DNA of 64,000 nt from an uncultured delta proteobacterium (GTDB taxonomy: Bacteria; Desulfobacterota; Binatia; UBA9968): positions 736,001-800,000 of the forward strand of contig CAVYTU010000014.1 in NCBI GenBank assembly GCA_963771465.1. The letters run 5' to 3'. Within the stretch, counting starts at the first letter, position 1. Each line of letters begins with the position of its first letter. Positions 1-8,843 of the stretch are shown here, in pieces. Made by a program: the position numbers and the translations under genes. Under the pieces are notes generated by a model, which was not told the origin of the DNA, ran no database searches, and was given only the letters and a program-made list of their open reading frames with translations.

Positions 1-5
1 AAATT

Positions 6-1238
6 CTACTTCACTTGCGGACCCAAGACCATCTCCGAAATAACGTTCGCCGCCCTTCGTTCCGCCGTGAGGGGAAGGTCATACCCTGCCATACTTCGTA
101 GCTCTTCTTCAACCGCTACAAAGGGAGCCGAAGAGCGCGGTGGCTCGCCATCGACAACCGGTTCTTGGTCGACTACTTGGCCGCCTTTGAACCGGTAGCG
201 GGCGGTAATTTTGCCTTGGAATTTTTGATCCTCAAACTGTTCGACCTGTTCACCATTTTCAAAATTTACCCAGACATCGACACGGCGATCACCATTGGTG
301 TCCGCCTCCTGGGCAGCGATTTGACCTTTTACATAAAGAATTCGCAAATCGAAGATGCCATCGCCATCGGTATCGCGCTCCTCGCGAATAAGTTGATTGT
401 CTTGGAAGTAATAAACGGCATCCCATTTGCCGCTGCCTTTGCTATCGCGCAGCCGCTTGGCAACCCGGCCTTGGGAGAAAATCTCGATCATATCCATGCG
501 GCCCTTGCCGGCGCTGTCTTCTTCACGGCGCAGGATCGCTTCGCCTTGAAAATAGACGATCCGGCTCACTTTGCCGTCGCCGCGTAAATCTTCGTCCTGT
601 TTGACGAGCCGGCCGTCCGAATAATAACCCCAGAGGTCAATTTTACCGCGATTTTTGCGGTCAAGCTCTTTGCGCACCAGTTGGCCATTCTCGAAATAGG
701 AAAAACTATCGGCGGCGCCATCGCCATTGGTATCTTCGTCGATCCGACTGATCTTGCCGTCTGTGTAATGCACGGTACGCGCTGATTTGTCGGCGGATTT
801 GCTAGCTTCCTCGCTTCGCACCGGCTGGCCATTCTGATAATACACCCAGAGGGTCGGTTGCCCCGAGCCGTTGGTATCCTGGCCCTTGCGCTCGAGTTCG
901 CCTGTGACGTTGTAGAAAAACCAAGTATCGATGCGGCCGTCGTTCTTGCTGGCGAGCTCCTGGCGAGCCGGCTTTCCGGCATCGTAGTAGACAATAATAT
1001 CGGGTTTCCCATCGGAATTAACGTCTTGTTCGACTCGCAAAGTTTGGCCTTGCGGATTGTAGTGAGTCCAGCGGTCCATCCTGCCGTCGCCGTTAGTGTC
1101 CTGCTCTTGGCGCATAACGTTGCCCCGTTCATCGTAGTAGAAGCTCGCGACCGGTTGTTGCGAATTCGCGATAACTGGAACGAGAACCCAGAGTGCCGCA
1201 GCCAATAGAAACTCAGTGATGTGCGCGCTGCGCTTCAT
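6..1238 (-). CDS. Secreted repeat protein with MORN-like beta repeats and DxNGDG-type (Dx[DN]xDG) loops
   Basis: ORF 6..1430. Likely start ATG 1238 (MKRSAHITEFLLAAALWVLVPVIANS, signal-peptide-like). Repeats of about 22 aa such as EQDTNGDGRMDRWTHY, DEDTNGDGAADSFSYF, ERDTDGDGIFDLRILY. Confidence 0.7.
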   Translation of the reverse strand: MKRSAHITEFLLAAALWVLVPVIANSQQPVASFYYDERGNVMRQEQDTNGDGRMDRWTHYNPQGQTLRVEQDVNSDGKPDIIVYYDAGKPARQELASKNDGRIDTWFFYNVTGELERKGQDTNGSGQPTLWVYYQNGQPVRSEEASKSADKSARTVHYTDGKISRIDEDTNGDGAADSFSYFENGQLVRKELDRKNRGKIDLWGYYSDGRLVKQDEDLRGDGKVSRIVYFQGEAILRREEDSAGKGRMDMIEIFSQGRVAKRLRDSKGSGKWDAVYYFQDNQLIREERDTDGDGIFDLRILYVKGQIAAQEADTNGDRRVDVWVNFENGEQVEQFEDQKFQGKITARYRFKGGQVVDQEPVVDGEPPRSSAPFVAVEEELRSMAGYDLPLTAERRAANVISEMVLGPQVK

Positions 1239-1752
1239 CGATTTATCTGCTAGGCGTGGTGGTTGAACAGAATGGACGTTGAGTGCAGCGTGGCTACGGA
1301 TCTGCGCATGCTCCCCACTATCGCGATGCATGGCGGGCGAAGTTAGAATCTCTCCGCTCATCACGGGCGATTCTTGCATCGCCTCGGCGCGACTTCCGAG
1401 CATAAAATTCCTCCGGCGCAGCGAGCCCAACGCTACGCCACGGCGTCGGCCAAGTCAACGTGCAGCGCCGGTAGATTGACTGTCGAGCTGGGCGATTTTT
1501 TTTTCTTGGCATAGCGATGACGTGAAGCATCACCAGCTTGCAAACGGGTGATGGTCAAGTCAATCTGGAGTGGTTTAGAATTTTGCTCGTCATCGCTGGG
1601 ACCCACGCGAACTTTAGAGGGCTTGCGGCGTTCGCTGAATCCGTCGTGCTAACCCGTGATTTGAACCAGGAAGGCTTCACTTTGAGGGTAGCGACTCAAC
1701 CGGCGACGAGACGAGTCGGTGAACAATTTACTAACTGGCCGACAGGAGATCT

Positions 1753-2577
1753 ATGAATAGCTGGGGCATCGCGGTGGTGTTGGGAATCGTCGAGGGATTA
1801 ACCGAATTTCTGCCGGTGTCGTCTACCGGTCACCTTATCATCGCCGGACACTTGCTCGGTTTTGTCGGCGAGAAAGCGGCGAGCTTTGAGGTTGCCATTC
1901 AGTTGGGCGCGATCCTATCAGTGGTGTTTCTCTATTGGCAGCGCTTCGTCGGACTCCTGCCCGCGGGCGCGCGGTCGTTGCTCGATTCAAAATCTACTTT
2001 GCTAGGTTGGCCGGGACTGTGGCGCATCGCGGCGGCGACGTTTCCGGCATTACTGATCGGCTATCTGGCGCGCCACGCGATCAAGGCCCATTTGTTTAAT
2101 CCTGAGGCAGTAACATTGGCTTTCGCAGTCGGCGGCGTGGCGATCTTGTTCGTCGAACGGTTGCGTTCACAACGACGATCGAATTCGCTGGATCAGTTGA
2201 GCTTGGCTCAAGCATTCGGCATCGGCTTATTCCAGGTGCTTGCCCTATGGCCGGGGACATCGCGCGCGGCGGCAACGATTATCGGCGGCATGCTCCTCGG
2301 CCTCGATCGCAAAGGCGCGGCGGAGTTTTCATTTTTAATCGCGGTGCCGGTTTTATTTGCTGCATCGGGATACGAACTGATGAAGATGCGTGATCAGTTA
2401 GCGCTCGACGATACCATCGCTTTGGCGATCGGTTTCGTCGTGTCCTTTGTCGTGGCGCTGGCCGCGGTTAAGGGCTTTGTCAACTTCTTGAGCCATGGCA
2501 AGCTCGCGCCCTTCGCTTGGTACCGCATTATCGTCGCGCCAGTCTTTTACTTGCTAACCCGCGGCGTGAGTTTCTGA
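1753..2577 (+). CDS. uppP: Undecaprenyl-diphosphate phosphatase (BacA/UppP)
   Basis: Motifs GIVEGLTEFLPVSSTGH and PGTSRAAATI, AAEFSF. AGGAG RBS upstream. Confidence 0.95.
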   Translation: MNSWGIAVVLGIVEGLTEFLPVSSTGHLIIAGHLLGFVGEKAASFEVAIQLGAILSVVFLYWQRFVGLLPAGARSLLDSKSTLLGWPGLWRIAAATFPALLIGYLARHAIKAHLFNPEAVTLAFAVGGVAILFVERLRSQRRSNSLDQLSLAQAFGIGLFQVLALWPGTSRAAATIIGGMLLGLDRKGAAEFSFLIAVPVLFAASGYELMKMRDQLALDDTIALAIGFVVSFVVALAAVKGFVNFLSHGKLAPFAWYRIIVAPVFYLLTRGVSF

Positions 2578-2629
2578 GAAAACACCGCGCCGCGAGATTG
2601 CGCATCGTCGCGATGGAATGGGCTGCGGG

Positions 2630-3361
2630 TTATTTCGGTGGGTGGCGGTGCTTGATCCAATCGAACAACTGATTGCGGTAGTAATAGGCCAGCGCTAAGA
2701 CGGCGACCGAAACGCCAGTGATGATTGCAAAGGTATGATATTGCTCGTTGCGGATGGTCGATCCTTGCATGGTGAGCAAATAAGTTCCCGGCAGTCGACC
2801 GATGACCGAGACCAGCAAAAAAGTGCTAAGTTTCATGCGGCTTAATCCAAGCACGTAGCAAAGATAATCTTTGGGAAAACCGGGAAACAGAAAAAGGACA
2901 AAACAGATTACAACACCGGTGTTGGTCGTCAGGAAATTAAATTTTTCGAGAACTTCACGCTTGACGAAGCGCTCGACAAATGGCCGGCCGAGAATGCTTG
3001 CCAACTCGAAGGCCACCCAGGAGCCTATGGACAGGCCGATGGTGGAGAGTATGAACCCAATGGTCTCGCCGTAAACAAACCCGCCCGCCACACCCGTCAG
3101 CTCCCCTGGAAATGGCGCAGCGATCACCTGAATAATCTGAAATAGGACAAATACTGCCGGGGAATAGGGCCCCAGGCTCTGCAAGAACTTGCCCAGTTTG
3201 TCGCTACTTGAGTAAATCCCCTCGAAATCGTCAAGCTCCTCGCCGGGTGGTGCGAATGCGCTAAAGGGTCGCGGAATGTAGCGGCTAAAGATAAACAGCA
3301 GAGCTACCAGCACGACAAATATTACGCCCCTGATGGCAAGTCGGCGACGCTGATCACTCAT
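2630..3361 (-). CDS. TVP38/TMEM64 (DedA/VTT superfamily) membrane protein
   Basis: QVIAAPFPGE...GGFVYG, LFPGFPKDYLCYVLGLS, GRLPG pattern; hydrophobic. Confidence 0.85.
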   Translation of the reverse strand: MSDQRRRLAIRGVIFVVLVALLFIFSRYIPRPFSAFAPPGEELDDFEGIYSSSDKLGKFLQSLGPYSPAVFVLFQIIQVIAAPFPGELTGVAGGFVYGETIGFILSTIGLSIGSWVAFELASILGRPFVERFVKREVLEKFNFLTTNTGVVICFVLFLFPGFPKDYLCYVLGLSRMKLSTFLLVSVIGRLPGTYLLTMQGSTIRNEQYHTFAIITGVSVAVLALAYYYRNQLFDWIKHRHPPK

Positions 3362-3452
3362 CCGGCGTTTTATAGCAACAAAAGTTTTGAAACACGAGAG
3401 GGTTTTAAAGCAAGGCTAATCGATCCGCGATGGTAGGCGGCGGTCTTTCGCC

Positions 3453-3481
3453 TTGCGGCGATTCGACAAGGTTGCTACAAA
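3453..3481 (+). promoter_or_regulatory. Putative sigma70-type promoter of the acylation cluster
   Basis: TTGCGG - 17 bp - TACAAA with extended TG, about 30 bp upstream of ATG 3513. Confidence 0.35.
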
Positions 3482-3512
3482 TTAGTTTCATTCGATTACC
3501 CGTAACTCCGCA

Positions 3513-5036
3513 ATGTTCGTTGACGCAAAAATCGGTGACCTTACCGAACTGGCATCGGGTCGCAGCTGGACCGGCATTGAACTAGCGGCGCGTCTGAGCG
3601 CCCGTTGTGTCGCCTACCGCGACCAGGGTATGCAGCCCGGCGATCGAGTCTTTATACTCTATGGTAATAAGCTGGAGTTTTTCGTCGATCTACTCGCGCT
3701 TTGGTATATCGGCGCTAGCGTCGTACCCGTCGATGGTCGATTGACACCATTTGAAATTGACAACTTGGCGCGGACGGTTACGCCGCGATTCGCCTTGATC
3801 GATGGGACAGTTCCTTCCAGTATCGTTGCAGTTCTATCCGGTCAAGGCGCGACCGTGTTGGACACCGGTGCGCTCGACTTCATCACGCCGTCGAGCGCGC
3901 TTCCGTGCGCCGCCCGGCTCGATGATCAGGCACTGATCCTATTTACTTCGGGCACGACCGGAGTACCGAAAGGCGTAGTTCACACGCATCGCTCGCTGCG
4001 CGCCCGTTGGTTGTCATTGCGCCAGTGTCTTGGCGTTGAGTCCTACGAGCGTACGCTTTGTATGTTGCCGACGCACTTCGGCCACGGCCTGATTTGCAAC
4101 AGCCTGTATCCTTGGCTCAGCGGCCAGCAGCTATTCATCGCGCCAGCTTTCAGCACCGAAATACTTTTACAGCTTGGCCGGATCGTCGATCAGAATCGAA
4201 TTACGTTTCTCTCCTCGGTGCCCTCCATGTGGGGGTTAATTCTTAAGGGGAGTAAACCGCCGCAAGCTAAAACTTTGCGCCGGATTCACTGCGGCTCGGC
4301 GCCGCTGTCGGCGCATTTGTGGAATCAAATTCGCGACTGGTCGGGCACGCGCGAGGTCTATAACGCCTACGGCATTACGGAAACCGGTAGTTGGGTGGCC
4401 GGCACAACGATCGGCGAATTCGCACCGGAGGACGGTTTAGTCGGGGCGCCATGGGGCAGCGTGATCAAAATCCTCAAGAGCGCCGAGCGTAGCGCACCGT
4501 TCGAGGCCGACACCCAGTGTAACGTCGATGAGACCGGTTACGTTTGGCTCAACACGCCGGCGCTGATGCAAGGTTATTATCACCATCCCGAGCTGACCGA
4601 ACAGGTCGTCTCCGGTGGCTGGTTTGTCACCGGTGACATGGGTGTCATCGACCGACGCGGCTGGTTTTATCTCAAAGGGCGAGAACGCGACGAGATCAAC
4701 AAGGGTGGAACAAAAATTTATCCCGCCGACATCGACGCGGTGGTCGAGCGCTTCGAACATACCGAAACTGTTTGCAGCTTTGCATTTGCGGATTCGCTTT
4801 ATGGCCAGAACGTCGCGATGGCGGTGGTCTTGCGGCGTCAAGATGCGGCGACGATTCGCCAGCTATACACCTGGATGAAAACCCATCTGGCTGAATTCAA
4901 AATGCCGCAGCGCTGGTACGTCGTCGATGCACTGCCGCAGAACTCGCGGGGAAAGATCAGCCGTAACGTTGTTCAAGAGATGTGCGCGCCATTAAAGTCG
5001 GTTGATCTAGCGGTAATCTTAAAAAGCGGATCTTGA
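3513..5036 (+). CDS. AMP-binding (ANL superfamily) acyl-CoA/acyl-ACP ligase
   Basis: LFTSGTTGVPKG P-loop, AYGITET, TGD, GRERDEINKGG, SRGKI motifs. Confidence 0.9.
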   Translation: MFVDAKIGDLTELASGRSWTGIELAARLSARCVAYRDQGMQPGDRVFILYGNKLEFFVDLLALWYIGASVVPVDGRLTPFEIDNLARTVTPRFALIDGTVPSSIVAVLSGQGATVLDTGALDFITPSSALPCAARLDDQALILFTSGTTGVPKGVVHTHRSLRARWLSLRQCLGVESYERTLCMLPTHFGHGLICNSLYPWLSGQQLFIAPAFSTEILLQLGRIVDQNRITFLSSVPSMWGLILKGSKPPQAKTLRRIHCGSAPLSAHLWNQIRDWSGTREVYNAYGITETGSWVAGTTIGEFAPEDGLVGAPWGSVIKILKSAERSAPFEADTQCNVDETGYVWLNTPALMQGYYHHPELTEQVVSGGWFVTGDMGVIDRRGWFYLKGRERDEINKGGTKIYPADIDAVVERFEHTETVCSFAFADSLYGQNVAMAVVLRRQDAATIRQLYTWMKTHLAEFKMPQRWYVVDALPQNSRGKISRNVVQEMCAPLKSVDLAVILKSGS

Positions 5037-5109
5037 TCATCACGGTCGCGGTCGCCAACGATCCACAGGAAGACGGAACGGCGCCAACCTCATCGGTAAA
5101 ATTTAGATC

Positions 5110-5367
5110 ATGAACGCAGAGCAAAAAAAGCAGGCATTGATCGACTTTCTCCTAAGTATTCAGAGGCCGGATTATCCCCACGATGGCATCGACGAAACTT
5201 CGAGCCTGGTGGAATCGGGGCTGATCGATTCGCTGGCGTTGCTGCAAATCGTTACCTATTTAGAACAAACCTATCGCATCGATTTTGCCGATCGTGGCAT
5301 CGACCCGGGAGATTTGCGCTCAGTACAGTCGATTCTCGAGTTGATCGCCCGCGAGTCATCAACATGA
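5110..5367 (+). CDS. Acyl carrier protein (DltC-like stand-alone carrier)
   Basis: 85 aa acidic protein with GLIDSL phosphopantetheine-attachment motif. Confidence 0.9.
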   Translation: MNAEQKKQALIDFLLSIQRPDYPHDGIDETSSLVESGLIDSLALLQIVTYLEQTYRIDFADRGIDPGDLRSVQSILELIARESST

Positions 5368-6760
5368 TCGCTTCGGTGCTCGCGAGTAGGTACCGCCAGA
5401 TCGCGCAGTTCCACGAAAATGAGCGCTTGATCGCTTGGCTCGCCGCGCAGCGTTGGCTCGTCTGGTTGACGCCGGAGCGGCGAAAGTTCGTGCTGGTCAT
5501 CGGCGCCATCGGCGCGGGTCTCATCGGCACGTTTCATCGTTTCAATACACGGCGTGACGCTGCCGGGGCCACGGCGTGGTTGGTTTGCGCGCTGGCTTTT
5601 CTCATTTTATTAGCGATCGTCTATTCGCTCTATCAGGTTGCGGTCCATTACAAACGATTACCGTCAATCATTCGTGGCCGTCCGCAAATCTGTTTTCACC
5701 TGCTCTTTTGGCTCCTATTGCTAGCGATCTGGTCGGCGCCGGACAATTCCGGACTGGGTTGGCTGGTTATTACCGTCGTTGCGCTATCGTTCCCATACTT
5801 GATTTGGCGCTGCGGCTACATGCTGTTGTCCGGACAGCGGGGCAAAGCCGCGGGCACGGGCTTTGGCGATCATCTATTTTATATTTGGCCGGTGTGGGAT
5901 GGCACCAATACGCCGCCGGGGAAAGGCCATGACCACCTGTCGCGCTCGGTGGCGCAAACGCCGGAAGCCTACGCGCGCGCGGTTTTAGGCGGTATTAAGT
6001 TATTGCTGTTGGTCGGTCTTTGGACGTTGGTCATGCAGCTGATCGGTGCGCTGATTTATGCCGATCCCAAGAGCCGGTTAACGCCGGTGTTTCAAGGTCA
6101 TAGTCTGGGCTTGCCTCGTCTCAAACATATTTTCGCGAGCGGCGCCGCCTTTCCCCTACCAGTCATTTGGATCAGCCTTTACCTGGAATTGATCTGGGAA
6201 GCGCTTTATATCGCCGCCAAAGGCCACGTATGGATCGGTGTGTTACGGCTCTATGGCTTCAATGTCTTTCGCAACACCTACAAGCCGCTGCTGGCCGAAT
6301 CCGTCGTTGAGTTTTGGAACCGCTATTACTATTACTTCAAAGAGCTGATGATGGAGTTTTTTTTCTACCCACCTACGCGCGTTATTTTCGTAGTCATCCG
6401 AGGTTGCGCCTGGTCGCGGCCGTGTTCGCCGCCGCCTTCATCGGCAACATGTACTATCATCTCCTGCAGGCAAAAGAGCCGCTTATCGGGGCCGATTGGC
6501 ATAAGCTCTGGTCGTTGCTCGGCACCCGCTTTGTCTATTGTTTCCTGTTGGCAAGCGGCATCGCGATATCCATGCTGCGCCAGCAAGCCCGACGCGGCAA
6601 GCCGGGAACGGCAGCGGTTCTGCGAGCGGGCGGTGTGCACCGCCTGCGCCGCATGGCGTGCGTCTGGACGTTTTTCGCGGTGATTAATTTTTGGAATGTG
6701 CTCGCCAATCTAACTATCGCTGAACGGACCCGTTTGTTTCTCACTTTGTTTGGATTGTAG
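5364..6760 (+). pseudogene. MBOAT-family membrane-bound O-acyltransferase (DltB/AlgI-like), split by a frameshift at a T8 tract near 6360
   Basis: Frame 1 carries NTYKPLLAESVVEFWNRYYYYFKE (MBOAT motif). The C-terminus with the GNMYYH His lies in the -1 frame (ORF 6314..6760). Adding one T to 6357-6364 gives continuous EFFFLPTYARYFRSHP. Could be an intact gene with a sequencing error. Confidence 0.8.
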
Positions 6761-6785
6761 ACGGCTCGTAGTTGGCGTTACTTCG

Positions 6786-8774
6786 ATGTTCGAATTTCCG
6801 CGCATCACTTTTTCCATTGCGAGCAGCTTATTAGCGCTGTTGATTCTGTCGAGCTCTCGGCTGTGGCTCTATTGGGAGCGCCGGTCGGATGTCGCCGAAT
6901 TGACTGCGCAGCAAAGGCTGAAGTTGTTTTGGATTGGAATTCGATTGGACAGCGTGGTCGTCGGCCGCGCCTGTCTGGTTACTATTCTCGCCGCGCTGCT
7001 CTTATCCGAATCGCTCTTTGCCGGAATTCAACCGCTGCTCATCGCTTATCTCGGAATTTTTTACTTCATCCTCTATTTTGTCGAGATCGCCGGACTCTAT
7101 TTTTTCCGTTTCTACGATTTTCGTCCCAACTATCTAGTGTTCGAGCATGGTGCGGACCGCGAAGTTCTCAAGACCGTTATCAAAGCCTATCCTGTCGCGC
7201 GAATTTTTATCCTGAGCGTGGCTGGGACATGGCTCGTTTTGATCGTCGTTAATACACTTCTGACCATTTTCAAACCGGGCCAATTCGGCGAGACGTTCTG
7301 GCTTTGGGACCGTGGCGCAACTTTTCTCTGGCTTTTGCTCGCGGCATTCGCCAGCCGTGGCACCTTCGATCACCGGCCGCTCAATCCCAGTCTTGCGGCA
7401 TTTACCACCAACCGGATCGCCAATGAAATCGCTTCATGCGGACTTTTCAACCTGCTCTACGAGTTAAGTCATCGAAGAAAAGATGAATTCACCGCGCTTA
7501 AAGCCGTAATCCATTTGCCGTCAGCGGATCAAGCCATGGAACGCGCGCGCCAAGTATTGGCTACTCAAGGCCGGTTCACCAATGACAGCGCCAATCCGCT
7601 GGTGCGGCAGATTTCACACCGCGCGGCAACCAAGCCGCTCAACGTCGTTCTCGTGGTGATGGAAAGTTTTACTGGACGATTGACCGGTTGCTTGGGCGGA
7701 GTGCCGGCGCTCTCGCCGGAGTTGGATCGTCTTGCGGCCGAGGGTTTGCTTTTCGAACGCTGCTACGCGACCGGCGAGCGGACGATTCAGGGTTTGGAAG
7801 CGGCGGTGTGTTCCTTTCCGCCGCTGCCCGGCGCGGGTGTGGTGAAGCGTCCGCAAGCCCGGCAAAACTTCGCCACTTTGGCGAGCGTGCTCAAAGGGCG
7901 CGGCTACGCCACCCGGTTTTTTTACGGCGGGCAGGCGATTTTCGATCACATGTTGGGGTTTTTCATTGGCAATGGCTTCGATCAGTTTATTGAAGAAAAA
8001 GATTTTGCCACCCCAGTTTATAAAAGCCCGTGGGGCGTTTCCGACGAGGATTTGTTTATGCGCGCCGATCAGGAATTTCGCCGCTTACACGTAGAGGGCA
8101 ATCCCTTCTTTGCCACGATCCTGACCGTTTCGCTGCACTCGCCGTGGCAATATCCGGCTGGGCGCATTGTGCCGCTCGCCGCCGATACCAAGGTGCCGCA
8201 CGGATTTGAGCTTGCGGAGCTGAACAATTTTCTCTACGCCGATTATTGCATCGGCAAGTTTATCAGCGACGCGCGTGGTTCAGCTTATTTTGACGACACG
8301 CTGTTTGTGTTCGTTGGCGATCACGGCGTGCACTTGCGCGGCAGTGAATTGATCCCGGTAGACGAATATCGCGTGCCGGCGGTATTCTTCGCGCCCGCGC
8401 ATATCGAGGCGCGGCGCATCAGCGAGGTGACCAGCCAAATCGATCTGCCGCCGACTATTATGAGTATCGTCGGCGGCGAATATCGCAGCTCGTTTCTTGG
8501 CCGCGACGTTCTCGATGGCCGGCAGCAGGAGCCGTTCGCCATCGTCATTTACAACAAGAAACGCTATGGCATCGTTGCCGACAAAGAATTGGTCGTGCTT
8601 AGTGAAAACGGTAAGCGGCTGGCGTATGGCCGCAACCACCAGGAACAACCCTGGGGGCAAGTCTCGATGACGGCCAGTCAGACGACGCGAACCGAGGCCG
8701 CGGTGGCGCTCCTGCGCGTGGCGGAAGATTTATTGATGAGCGGCCGCTACAGTTCAAACAAAAATTTGCTTTGA
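6786..8774 (+). CDS. LTA synthase (LtaS/MdoB-like) membrane sulfatase-family phosphotransferase
   Basis: N-terminal TM helices; NVVLVVMESF, ATGERTIQG (Thr nucleophile), SLHSPW, GDHG, SQIDLPPT. Confidence 0.88.
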   Translation: MFEFPRITFSIASSLLALLILSSSRLWLYWERRSDVAELTAQQRLKLFWIGIRLDSVVVGRACLVTILAALLLSESLFAGIQPLLIAYLGIFYFILYFVEIAGLYFFRFYDFRPNYLVFEHGADREVLKTVIKAYPVARIFILSVAGTWLVLIVVNTLLTIFKPGQFGETFWLWDRGATFLWLLLAAFASRGTFDHRPLNPSLAAFTTNRIANEIASCGLFNLLYELSHRRKDEFTALKAVIHLPSADQAMERARQVLATQGRFTNDSANPLVRQISHRAATKPLNVVLVVMESFTGRLTGCLGGVPALSPELDRLAAEGLLFERCYATGERTIQGLEAAVCSFPPLPGAGVVKRPQARQNFATLASVLKGRGYATRFFYGGQAIFDHMLGFFIGNGFDQFIEEKDFATPVYKSPWGVSDEDLFMRADQEFRRLHVEGNPFFATILTVSLHSPWQYPAGRIVPLAADTKVPHGFELAELNNFLYADYCIGKFISDARGSAYFDDTLFVFVGDHGVHLRGSELIPVDEYRVPAVFFAPAHIEARRISEVTSQIDLPPTIMSIVGGEYRSSFLGRDVLDGRQQEPFAIVIYNKKRYGIVADKELVVLSENGKRLAYGRNHQEQPWGQVSMTASQTTRTEAAVALLRVAEDLLMSGRYSSNKNLL

Positions 8775-8843
8775 CCTCGACCCGCCAGCGCACGGATAAT
8801 TCGTCCTCGACCGGCGTCCACTCGCTAGTTTATTTGCCGCGAG

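Noticed and set aside
1660-1750. Possible riboswitch (yybP-ykoY-like GAGGGTAGC...CGAGAC) upstream of uppP
   Set aside because: Only a short CGACTC/GAGTCG stem is evident and the spacing does not fit the family. An Infernal/Rfam search would be needed.
1622-3466. Shared CTTGCGGCG(A)TTCG motif upstream of uppP (about 1622) and the acyl ligase (about 3452)
   Set aside because: Only two GC-rich copies, one overlapping a putative -35 box; cannot be distinguished from chance.
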